Shown here piece after piece: positions 26,906 through 39,405 of a stretch of 64,000 bases of DNA (the first letter of the stretch is position 1; every line of letters begins with the position of its first letter). Made by a program: the position numbers and the translations under genes. The DNA lies in the NCBI GenBank assembly GCA_030265395.1, contig JARFYF010000060.1, positions 11,856,673 to 11,920,672 on the forward strand, in the 5' to 3' direction. Origin of the DNA: Rhina ancylostomus. Lineage: Eukaryota. Under the pieces are notes generated by a model. It was not told the origin of the DNA. It did no database searches and was given only the letters and a program-made list of their open reading frames with translations.

Positions 26906-28019
26906 TAGTCTCTTCCCCTACATCACCTCCTTTTTATTTCTGAATATCCTTCCTAAATGTCAAATACCCTTGTTTATTTAGTTCCCAGCTGTGGCCACCT
27001 TATACGCATGTTTCCAAGTGGCAATGAAATCAACTCATTCTGCAAAGTCCTTTTCTTTAGCACTTTGCATGAACTTTGCAGATCTTTCATGCATAGAAGA
27101 ATCAGCCTGATACTGTTGTACTCACAGAGTCATTCTCCATAGGCTAATGGACTTTTCCATCACCATCTCCAGGTCCTCCCTTTGTCAAAACAGTGGCAAC
27201 GCAGTTGTGAAGGAGTTATCCTGGGTGACCTCAAAATTAATTCAGAACGCCATAAGCCATGAATCAAATAGTGGTTAGTCAATTGTGGATACAGAGACCT
27301 CATGATGATTACAACCTACCTTCCACCTTTAACTTATAAACCAGCTCCTTGTTATTTGATAATTGGAAGAAACATTGAGGGTAGCATGTCCACAGAATAT
27401 ATACACAGGATTTAAACCTCTCTCCCCAGGGACACCAACATATAATGATCTGGCTCTTGTGTAGCTGCCAGACTGAACTTGCAGCCGATGATGAGATAAC
27501 CAATGTGAGAGAAAAAGCTATTTGAGCTCATTCTTATCCATCTACCTGTTGCAGAGGAACCTATCAATGGCAGTATTAGTAGCATTGACCACTTCACAAA
27601 ATTTGTGGATAAGTCCAGAATTCTGACTGAAGAAATGCTATAGCTTGTTTTGTGATATATCACTGCCTTAAATGAAGCTAGAAACTCACAATGGGGAACT
27701 TCCACCAGAACTGTATCCCATTACATTCTGTAAACTCATGGCCCACAAATCCACCACTTCAACTGTGCACCAATCTATAAAACCATCAGAACTTGCCTCA
27801 GTGTTGAGAGTAGCAGGAAATGGCAGGAGCGGCATAGGGTTTGCCTGGAAAAGAAGCTTCTATTTATTGAAGTCATATCACAGGATGACATATACGCTGA
27901 ACAGCAGAGATAGCATGCTGTAGAGAGAGCTATCTGATTCCACAATAAGTGGAACAGATCAAAACTCTGTAGTACTGACATAAGATGGCTAATCAATTAA
28001 TTGGAGGAATAGAGCCCAA

Positions 28020-28397
28020 GTGTGTCCCACCAATGCACAGTAGCAGCAGTTTGTATCATCTAACAAGATGCACTGAAGCAACTCACCAAGACTTTTTAGA
28101 TAGTACCTTCTAAACCCTTGACCTCTACCAGCTAGAGGCAGCAAAAGCATAGGGACCGTCCTTGCCTCCAAGCCACACATCATCCCGAGCTGGAAATCTA
28201 TTGGTATTCCTTCAGGGTCACTGGGTCAAGATCCTGGAACTTTCTCCCCAACAGCATTGCGGTATACCCACACCTCAAGAATTGCAGTGGTTCAAAAAGG
28301 CAGCTCACCACCACCTTCTCAAGGGCAACAAGTGATGGGCAATTAAATGCTGGCTCAACCTGCAAAGCCCACATCCCTTGAATGAATATAAAAGAAA
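28020..28397 (+). mobile_element. CR1/L2-clade LINE 3' end
   Basis: atcctggaactttctccccaacagcatt...ggcagctcaccaccaccttctcaagggcaa...cccacatcccttgaatgaatataaaa tail; further very decayed LINE sequence probably at ~27400-27900. Confidence 0.75.
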
Positions 28398-29404
28398 TTG
28401 TGAGTCTGTGACTGTGAGTCCAAATGGCAGCTAAAGGAGCAGTGAAAAGGGCCAAAATCAGTGGAGTGCAAACGTCTCAGAAGATTGTTTTAAAGGCAGG
28501 GAGGACAACATACAGAGGCACTTGGGAACAGTAAGTGAAGTGTAAAAGTGAAGCATTTCCTGAATGGAATCTACTGGGAGTTACCAAACACAGGGGTGAT
28601 GGGTGAAAGGAAATATGTGAGTTCTGCCATTGAAACAAGTTCTCGACAAGTCAAGGATGTGGAGTAAGGTCTAACATCCAGTCTCATTATCTACCAATTC
28701 TGTCAATTTCATCTAGAAGTTCCCCAGAAAGGCTGAAGCAGTTTTTGAGCTGTAGGAAGAGTGGATGTTTTCAGGTAATAGCTCATTGCAGTTTTACTTA
28801 TAGTGAATAAGACCAAGATGAAATCCATCTACTTTCACCTACTTTCAGTTCCATCAGGAAATGTTTTAATCCCCAGAATGTCGAGGAGGGGAGCTTGGAG
28901 AAATTTAAACTCTTAAAGACGTGAAACCTGATAGTAACACACTGAGTTCCAGCTTAACTGTGACAGACTGGGAGTTGGGTAAATACAATTTCATGATAGG
29001 GAGGTCAGTAACTGTAATGTTTAGATAAATCTGTGCCCAGATTGTAGCAGATATGTGGATTTAATGTTGTGTGCTGGGTTTCACAGGGCTGGGAAGGTAT
29101 AAACTGCTTATGGCTTAGGGATTGGAGAAGTACTTCCTCTTGCCAACTTCCCAGCCTATCTGCCTTCCATTCCACAATCAGCCAAACCTCTCCTCACAAT
29201 CTCCAGCTCTCTTACTGCAATTGCTCCCCCTAATGCCATGTCCCCTCTCTCCCATATATCTGAGCCCCAGCTTATTCAATGGGCTTTCCCTGATGGTTTC
29301 TCAGTCTGACTGGTTCCAAAACAACAATTCAAGTAATACACCAAATGCTACTATGCCATTCCATTTGGTAGAACATCTCCCCTTTCTATATTTTACATCC
29401 CCAT

Positions 29405-29566
29405 ACCACTAAAGGCATTCTATCCAGATGCATCAGGGCTTGGTATGGCAACCGCTCGGCCCAAGACCATAAGAAATTGCAGGGAGCTGTGGACACAGCT
29501 CAGCACATCATGAAAACCAGCCTCTCCATGGATTCTGTCTAAACTTCTCGTTGCCTCAGGAAAGCA
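29405..29566 (+). mobile_element. Rex1-type LINE fragment
   Basis: gcttggtatggcaaccgctcggcccaagaccataagaaattgcagggagctgtgg = AWYGNRSAQDHKKLQGAV; cut by a gap. Confidence 0.75.
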
Positions 29567-29666
29567 NNNNNNNNNNNNNNNNNNNNNNNNNNNNNNNNNN
29601 NNNNNNNNNNNNNNNNNNNNNNNNNNNNNNNNNNNNNNNNNNNNNNNNNNNNNNNNNNNNNNNNNN

Positions 29667-29935
29667 ATCATAGTCCCATGTACTTATCCAAGCTCTCAGT
29701 TCATCACCCTTATTCCTGATACCTCTTGCACGTAAATGCACTTTAGCCCATCCACTTTTCTACCTTATACTCTGCTTCTCCTTCCTGAAAGCTTCTCTAC
29801 ATGTTAGATCTGACATTTCCCCCTATCCACTTCTTCCTCTGACCTATCCCTCTGGTCCCTATTCCCCTCACAAACTAGTTTAAACCCTGCCAAACCACCC
29901 TAGCAAACATTCCTGCAAGGATATTGGCCCCCCTC
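29667..29935 (-). mobile_element. CR1 LINE ORF1-end / ORF2-start fragment
   Basis: ARGIRNKGDELRAWISTWDYD (endonuclease motif I), preceded by the ORF1-like end RGANILAGMFARVVWQGLN*. Confidence 0.75.
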
Positions 29936-30327
29936 TGTCACAATGTTGAGCAAGAGCAAGCTCACAGAGAACCCAAATGCAGCACACTGGTACAGGACTG
30001 GAGTCAGGTACTTCCACAGGACCAAACACCAGCAGCAGGAAGGAATCTTGCCTCAGAGATCTAAGTAGGAATCCCAACATGAATTGAATCTTCAAACAGG
30101 AATAGAGAACACAGGACTGCTCTAGAGTAGACCACACTAAGCAGCCAAGAGCCAAAAGTTGACCAATACTCTGGCAACTAGTGCTAGAGAAACACAGATG
30201 TTTATGCTAGGCCCCTGATGGGGTTCAGGTGTGTGTCATTATGCAAACAGTCCAGCATGGAATCCATGTGTTGCACAACAAGGCATTAAAGGAGCCAAGT
30301 TGAGGGCCAGAACTCAGAACCATGACA
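29936..30327 (-). mobile_element. solo LTR (Gypsy-like), 392 bp, 5-bp TSD CCCTC
   Basis: TGTCA...TGACA termini, with CCCTC at 29931-29935 and 30328-30332. Same family as 13627-13868. Confidence 0.88.
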
Positions 30328-30479
30328 CCCTCATACTCTATCATTTTGTTGCCGCTCCCTCTTAATCTGGAGAGATTTGAGTCTTCTCATATAGGAATTG
30401 CAGAAACTTAGTATGCGGGTAACAGCAATTAATGTTGGCCAGGGAACTGAGGTACATTTAGGGAATTCTTTCTCACTTT

Positions 30480-30975
30480 GTATAGGTTCATAAGGAGATC
30501 ACACTTTTCTTATCTGAGGAAAGGTATACTTCTCTTGGGTATAGAGCAATAATGAATACTGGATTGATTTCTGGGATGAAAGGATGATTCTATGTGGAAA
30601 GATTGAGTAGAATAGGCCAATAAACTCAGAAGAAGATCATCTGATTGAAACGTATGTGATTCTTAAGGGGGTTGACAGAGTGGATGCTGAAAAGCTTTTT
30701 CTTTTCTTTGCTTGGAGGACTTAGAACCAGGGGTTATGGTCTCAGGATAAGGGGTCAGACATTTAGGACTGTGGTCAGGAGCAACTTTCTTCACTCAGAA
30801 GATTATGAACCTTCAGTATGCTCAGTGCTACATGGTACTGCTGAGTGTAATTGAAACAGAAATCAAGAAATATGCAATTGAGCACAAAACTGGACTGGGT
30901 AGAAGATCATGTACATCTTGTGGGATAACATAGCAAGCTCAAGAGGCTGAGTGGTTACTGTTCCCATTTCTTATA
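30480..30975 (+). mobile_element. CR1 LINE ORF2 3' end and tail
   Basis: RTRGYGLRIRGQTFRTVVRSNF motif plus decayed tail. Confidence 0.8.
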
Positions 30976-33900
30976 TCCAGTCTTCTGACATTATTAGGGC
31001 CATTATGTTACTTTAAGATGAAACTGATTAAACAATCAGTTTTAAAGTATCTTAATAGTCCTAAACTAAAAATCTAAGTGAAATTTTAAAGATTTCTTTG
31101 GAGCTCACTTGCAATACATTTTTTACATTAATGGCTTTACTTAGGGCTTGAACCATTCATCAGGGGAAGGCTTTAGCATTGAACATCTGATGGTAAATTG
31201 GTGGCTTTCTGTAATACTATAATAAAGGCAGGACCAGGTATTGGCAGTGCTGTTTACTGGAGAAACACAAAGATGACCATTAAGTCTAAAAAGGTTTTCA
31301 CAATTAAAGATCAATTCTTGACCATTTTTATCACAGCCATCTGCAAGGGAAGAAAATAACTGTAAATTAGCTAGGTGAATTCAAAGGATAAAAAGGATAG
31401 TAACTGAACCTCCAATAAATTGTTGTTACTATAATTATCAGACAGCAAAAAGAGTTGAGAATATGGTCATTTATGTGATTTATGGCTTTTAGTGATATAT
31501 TTTCAAATACAGCAAAGGTATTTTTGCTCTGGGTGACTATTTTACTCTTTAACCTCTTGTTGGGTGTTGCATTATCTATTCTTGTATCTGGAGTCCAGGA
31601 TCTTCAAAACCTGAATTTTGTATTGAATTGCCAAAATGATAATGGAAAAATCTTACAGGTTGGAATTTGTTCCTGTTGAGAGATCAAAATAATCCCTCCA
31701 TACACCCCACACCACCATTCTCCAGTGTATATTCGCTTATAAGCAAGACCCTGTTCATCGGAGATCCTGCTGCTGGTAATTGGATTTACATTTACATTCT
31801 GGTTTAGACTGAAATTTAGCATCCACCTTGACTCTCTAGTGAGCAGCCTGCATTTTTAACACATCGTGTTCAAACCACAACATGACAGCATGGTCCTTAT
31901 CTCCAATCATACCTTGGTCTTTCTACAACTTTTCTACATTTGAGCACTTCATCTGATAAGAGAAAGCCAGGAAGAAGGCATGATTGGATTGAGCAAAAGA
32001 AATGAGAGAAATATTTTAAAGGATTCCAATTATTACATTTTAATTTATGTACACTTAATGCCTGAAGGAATAATGTCAAAAAAAATCATTAAACCTGAAA
32101 TAAAACACATAATTTTCTGTGATGCATAATTCATGGCTATCACTCAAATATAGCAACATCATATCAGTCAATACTTTTTAATGATGAGAAGTTGCTTTTC
32201 TAAAGCTAACTCCACAATTCAAACAGCAAATTTTGGATAATCACATTTAAATACTCTGTGCTTGATGGTGTGTCTTTGCCACGTAAATATGGATGCTGTT
32301 AGCATAAGTGTTATCTTGTGAGAAAAATGTAGGCCATGGACTCCTTAATCACCAGGTTGAGATAATTTGTTCAGCTGTCCTGACCTATGAAGGTGGTAAA
32401 AAATTATCTGATCCATTTCCAAACATTTCTTTATTAGAACATTGATTTCTTTGCAATGCAAATGGTTTACTCAGCAAGTAAATCCTAAGAAGGAGGCTCC
32501 ATTTTCCTTTTTATTATTGCTGAGTGCCATTTGTTTTCCTTTAATTATAGCACTAAGTTTCAACATTTCAGTTGGATTCACTTCTTTAACCAGAACCTCT
32601 TTATTCTTCTGCTGTCATTCAAATGTATCAAATTTTTGGTTATCTTGTTGCTAAAACAAGACTGTAAATTGTTACTGGCTGCAATTTTGTTAGTACAATT
32701 ATCAGTCATTTCATGATCTTTGTAATTTATCTGCTTGCCAACTAGTCATAACTAATGATAATTTATGTGTTCAATATTATGAGTTGGCCAAGTCATAAAG
32801 AAACAGTAATTTTGTGTGAACATCAGAAAATTGCAGATGTGGTAAATCTGGAAAAAGAATCAGAAAATGATGGAAATCCTCAGCAGGTTAGTGAGCATTC
32901 ATGGAACATTCATCAGTAAAGAAGAGAATGTTTCAGGTTGAAGACCCTTTGACAGAACTAAGAAAGAAAGAAAATTTTGTTCTGAATTTCAGTTTTGTGT
33001 GTCTGCCTTTTCCCGACATATTGAATTGGTAATTACATGTGCATAATGCCATTTCAATTATGTAGTATTAGTAATATCGTACACCACAATAATTAAATTT
33101 ATTTAAGATAGCTGTTAATTAGCTATGCACTGATAATTTACAGATTAAATTGTAACTGATGACTCACATTGNNNNNNNNNNNNNNNNNNNNNNNNNNNNN
33201 NNNNNNNNNNNNNNNNNNNNNNNNNNNNNNNNNNGTAACTGATGACTCACATTGTATTTCTGGAGTTTGACAAATAAACTGATGATTGAACAACTTTCAA
33301 AAATGATATCACCAATAGTATTGAAGTAAACCTTTTATTTGGGTTGTATCAGTGCATGGCATTGGAAAATAATCTGAGAGTTGAAAACTCAAGTTGTAAA
33401 TATACCATTCCAAAATCATTGATTAAATATTCCATGTAATACAAAACAATTTCCATGTGCTGATCTGGTGATGGTGGTGGCGGGGGGTTGTTGAGGAGGG
33501 AATTTGGAAAATGATGCTAAGAGGTTGGTAGGTATCAATTATGTTCCTATAACCTCTATTCATAAAGCTAAAGATCACATTTTTTAACATGGTTGGCCAC
33601 AGTCAAAGATCCGTGTGCTCATGCTTTAATTCAGCACCTTCTTTAAAACTGCACAATTTTGCATATATTGCCTCTCCTCAATCACTTCATATGTCTGCTT
33701 GGCATATTTGCCTAGTTCATTAATTTATCTCTGTCCTCTTGGAGTCACCATCTTCCTCACTGTTCATTACCTTTCTAAACCCTGGGAAATTGGCAAGATT
33801 TGAATTACGTCCTGTATGCCCAAGGGCAGGTCAGCTCTTGAAATTAAAAAACACTGACTTTAGAGTCACTTTTGCATCCTCCACCACCATTTGCCATACT

Positions 33901-36900
33901 CATGTCCTCTGAACATATCCTTTTCTAAGGAATACCACAGAGTGAGTTTTTGCAGATTCCACCTGCCAAAAACCAAGTAAGTAATATTTATGCATTGTTA
34001 TCCCATCTCATTTCTTTGCAACATCCACCTCCAATGTGAGTTACCCATTGCTTATTAATTAGACAGGCATGGAAAATTACTTTGATGAAGTATCTGCAAA
34101 CATTGCCTGAAACTCCATCTTCAAGAAAAGAGAAGAAAAAGAGAAATAGTTCACATCTATGTTACAGTGAAACTCCAATAATTATTTGGAAACACTGATT
34201 GTTTGGCATCTGGCTCATCAGGTGATGTTTCCTGAACTCTCTTGAAACTGGCCAGGGCCCCCTCTCCCTAGCACCATGAAACTGATTGAGGCTCCAGTTC
34301 CCTCATATCCTTAAATGTACTGGGTTCACTGGAAAATTTACTAAAATACTAAGCAGCATCTAAAGAAAGTAAGTCCAAGTGTGTTGGGATAGTAATAGGA
34401 ATAACATCCAATAGTGTGGAAAATCCACCAGTCAGACATCAGCAAAGTCCCAAGTGTGTTGATTCTTAAAGTTTTGCACTGGTACTTTTATAATTCTGTG
34501 ATAACTATATTGGCTTTATTGGAGTCTTTATCAATGTTGAACTCATCTGTAGCAAGTGGGCTATTGTACCAGAGGGAGAAAAAAGTTGAGAGCATTTATA
34601 TTTGTGAGTTTGGTCTAAACTTCAATCAATATCAAATTCATTCTAAAGTAAACATCATGGAGTAATTGAAGGAACATTAGAATTGTAATAACCATGTCAA
34701 TCACTAACATTTCTTAGACAGCTATCAAAAGGATTTATATCTAATTAGTCCATTTCTGAATACACCAGATTTTCCATTGTAACTCTTCCAAAATATTGTT
34801 TTAACTTCTTAATCTTATTTAATAATAATTGTACATTGCTTTCTCCAACATCAGTAATGGCTTGGACTCAGTTCCATATTCTAACATCCTGAAGGTTTAA
34901 TGCTCACATCATAACTTCTAATGCTTTTTGTTTATCTCAGAGCTGCTTTGCATGCAACATCAAATCATTAACAAGGATCCATTACACCATGTTTTAAATT
35001 AATTTACTTCTTGTGGAATTAGTTCTAATGGGCCTCGAGTCAGCAAGTTGGCTGGGTAAGCACCGGTAGTTTTAGTCTTACCTAAGAAAAGAACATACAA
35101 AGTTCAAGGTTCTTCACCTTGCCTGGAAGGTGTCTATTTGTTTCCATTATTTATGAAATTAGCCCTTGCTTTTCACAGATACATGTTAGTCATTTCCTTC
35201 CACAGTTGTATGTTGCACATGTTCAGTCAGGAAAAGCAATTGCATTATTATTTATCAGCAAAACATCAAAAGATCCCCTTTCACTGTAAGGCACTTACAG
35301 CATACACAGCGGCACTTTTTAAAATATCACTCTTCGTGAAAATTGACAAATAATTCTGGCGCAAATTTAAAAATGGTTATGTAGGGAACCCAATTATTTA
35401 AAGCGGACGTTATATGTGAAACAAGAGAATGGAGTGGCATTGGAGATCTTATAAGCTAAACCAGTTCATTTTCCAAAATGTGACTTTGATATGCTGACAA
35501 TTTAAAAGGAAAGCATTGGTGTACGGATAGTGCGGAAGGTGATCAATTAAGAGATTAAGCATTTTGCAGCACATGGGGCACATCTGCATTTTCTCCTAAT
35601 AACAAGGCCATCAGCTCATTTTCAGAACACTGCTGTCTACTTCAGTTCAGGCTTCACTTCAAAGACCCAACGTCTGCCTGTGCTATTTAATCAGAGAAGG
35701 GATGCTAATTTGGCCTCCTTAATGTGTGGTGGTAAGAGACTCCTTCAATTAACTGAATTCTATAGTAAGAGAATAAAGGGATGCAAACAGAGTCGAACTG
35801 GAAAGGCAGATTTCTCATTAAATCAAAAGGTCCAGCATTCATTACCTCTCGCATCTGAGGCTAAACACTAAATACACACAGAGCATCAAAGGGTCCGTGA
35901 TGGGTTAAATAGGGAATGCAATCTAATTAAAATATTACATATGGGTAAATAGCTCTTTGATATTCATCTAAAGGTTCCATTAAAGAAATAGGTGCTTCAG
36001 ATTTGTATTACGGGGGGGATTATCACTTTTAAGTATGGACAACAAGTTTGTGCCTAATCAGAACTGCTTCAAAGTGTCATCATTTTGTGACCCATTTGCA
36101 GAACCAGCCGAGAATGAGAAAATATGCTGATATCTGGGCTAAGAAAGACCCTTTAATACTGGCGCAATGTAGCAGCAGGTGCACAAATCATGGAGGCTGC
36201 AGGGAAGGAGATAGGTAGGGGAGACAAAATAGATAAAGGAAGAGAGCATAATTCAACAATTGGAAAGAACGGGATAAGTTCTATAACTATATACATATTT
36301 ATCCATCTGTACACATCAAGGTCCAATTATTCATATTGTGATTGCATTGGTTGACCTTGCAAGCTTAGAATAAAAATGCTGTCTTCACCTATTTACACGT
36401 GCACCATCTCCTGCAGCAGGGCTCTGCTTATATTGGATTCTGAAGGGGACAATCTGATGAGCTCCCTAGTTGTTTGAGTAATTTGCAAATTATGAATTTG
36501 TTCAGGTTGTCTGCCAATTAACCTGAATGGTTGTGCATAGAGCAAAAGGAATTCTGCTCAGGAGCAAGGAATCCTTTCCCTAAGGCATCTGGACTAGATT
36601 CAAAAGAAGCCAGTTTACAAAACTCTGCAATATTAAAACATTAATGATAACCACTATGTATACAAGCACCATCCTCATTATTTATTATACATCAATATAG
36701 ATGCAAAAAATGGGAAGCCTACAGGTTGCTTTCTGTTTGTGATGTGCCAGCTGCTGTTCAGTAACTGATTGCACATTGGAACAAAAGGACAAAATTAGCT
36801 TGGGCCAATGTACAAAGGTATCTTGAAAATTGATGAAGCATTATCTATTTTTAACCCACCACGATGTTCTCTCAAAATTGGCCCCCACCCCACTTTTCAC

Positions 36901-39014
36901 ATACAAAATACTTTAAGAGCAAATCTCTGTTTTGTGTGTCAGGAAACTGGATCATACCATGTACCATTATGTTGCCTGGATCTCTGTTTCTGATTTTCCT
37001 AGTGGAATGTTTACNNNNNNNNNNTTTCTAAAATGGCAGAAGGATTTTGCTAGTGAAGAAAATAAGAAATCCAGTAAGACTTTCTTTTTGTCCTTTATTT
37101 CTTAGCAAGAAAGAAAACAGAGGTGGAAATCAAACTGAGTAAGTAGTAAAGGTGATAAAATCCTATATGGCAAGTGATTGTTAACCTGCCTGTCAGAAAA
37201 AGCAAACAGAAATCAAGCAAAATTAAGTACAATAATGTCTGGATGACAGAAATACACAGAGAATGTAATCCATTATAGTTTATTTATTTACTAATTAGTG
37301 TCTTATCAAACCCTTTTCTACACACAATGGCAAACTATCTTTTGAAGTGACAAAATAATTGAGTCATTTTAAGGCATTCTACATGCTAATAACTTTTCTA
37401 ATGATTGTTGCCACTTCAGGGTCAGATTTGAGCTCTTTTATTGAAGAATACTCAACATTTTCCTTTTTCTCTTGTCTATCAACTGAAAGAAAAAAGACTA
37501 AACTGCAGTTTTACTTGAAATTAGGATTTAAAATCTATGCTCTCTGGTTCTATGTTCACAAATCAACTGAAATAGTTGTTGTGCTCATGTATCCGTAATT
37601 TTCATCATTTAAAAATTAACTTCCTTCTACATAATTTTCCTCCTTTTTAATTTTGCAGGATTACTCTTTACTTTTGGTGTGCTCTCATTTCATAAAGCAG
37701 GGTTGTTTCTGATATACTTACCAGACTTATATGACTTATTATTGTACTATAAAATGTGGCCACTAGTGTGGTTTAAGCCATATATGTTTCATGATGTGGT
37801 AAAATACATGTGATTGCTCTCTGAATTAGAAGTGTGAAAATTCTGAACATACTCAGAATTTTCAAGCAACATCAGTGAAGAATTAACAGTCAGCATTTGA
37901 TGCTGATGATAATTTACTGGAGATAGAAAAAAATGAGAACAATGTACCAGCTTGAAGACAGACAGAAAAAGTGGGAAAGACAGAAGAGAATGTCTGTAAC
38001 ACAGCAGAAGGCAAAAGAGGGTAAATGATAAAAGATCTCGTCTGAGTGAATTTACTCAAAAGTCAAGGACAACTAAAAGTACAGAATGTCAGGAAAGTTA
38101 AAAGGACAGATAAGTTGCTTGAAGTCGACAAAAGAATGTGAAATACTCAATATTGCATTCAAGGTCAGGGGTTTTACACACTCAGAAAACTGGATATGAT
38201 CACAAAATGTTATCCTCAGTAAAAGTCATTATAAAAGCAGAATCCTAATTCTCCACAGTACCTAGTCTGACTATTTCTGACTCCAGTCAGTTGCACATCT
38301 GAAGCAGCATAGAAGTACCCTTTAAAATGCTCAAGTCAAAATCAATGATGTCCATAATAACCCAAATTATACAAAAGGTTAATAAGAAAAATATAATTTG
38401 AAGCAGCTTTGAAAACAACGTATATTTCATTTGATTAAAATACAGTGGGGGAACCAAGGAAGGATTCACAATCTGATTATAGTTGTATTAATTACAAATA
38501 GCAAGCACAAAAGGTATTTAAAAATTACAATAATAAACATATATGATGAATAATTCATAAAAATATCATTCTAAACATTAACAATTCTCATCATATTTAC
38601 TCAGCTCTGTTCAGGAAACCATTTATAAAGTTAGAGTTGAATCAATCCAGTCCATGTAAAGTTTTAAGGATCATACTTTAGCAGTCTTATCAGAAAAAAA
38701 GTTGACTTTAATAACTTAAAATACAAGATTGTTTTGTAAGGTAGTTAATAAAAATTAGAGGTTGTAATGGACATGTGTTTAAACATATTTTGTCTTAGTA
38801 TCTATTAGTTTCTCTCATTGTATCATGTGAAGTACCAAGTGACAGTAGGCTGTAACCTTGAGTTGGTTCTGTAATTCCATGAAATGTTGGTCTTGTACGG
38901 GTATATGGGTCATTTGTCTGCATCAGTGAGGTTGATATGCTTTCAACAGACACAAGGTTCCCAAAAATCCTTTAAATCAAGTGTTGATTTCCATAAATTA
39001 AGTAAGATGCTTTG

Positions 39015-39405
39015 AAAAGAATGCATTCATATAGCATCTTTCAAACCCAGAATGATTTAGAACGAACGATGTACTGTTTGAAGTCTAGTCACCATTATAA
39101 CACAGAAATGGGACAACAAATCCTCAAAAGAGCAATGTGATAATAACCGTATCAAATGCTTTAGTAATGTTGATGGAGAGGTAAGTATTGGCCAGTGGAC
39201 TGGGTGCACCTTTCCTGCTCATCTTCAAATTAGTGCCATTGATCTTTTATGCCTAAATGAAAGTGCAGATGCGGCTTTGCCTTAATATCTCAACCAAAAT
39301 ACAGCAGTGCACTATCTCAGCATTACACTGAAGTGTTAGTCTAGATTTTCATGCTAAGTCTCTAGAATGGGATCTGACCCACAACCTTGTGATTCAGAGG
39401 CTAAC
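39015..39405 (-). mobile_element. DeuSINE (SacSINE1-like), near full length
   Basis: gcattcatatagcatctttca...gtattggccagtggactggg...tcttcaaattagtgccat...cccacaaccttgtgattcagagg. Confidence 0.7.

Noticed and set aside
33156-33254. Direct repeats flanking N gaps (also 50166-50379 and 4332-4449) as an array or CRISPR-like structure
   Set aside because: Identical sequence on both sides of a gap is typical of overlapping contig ends in a draft assembly; there are no spacers and the context is eukaryotic.
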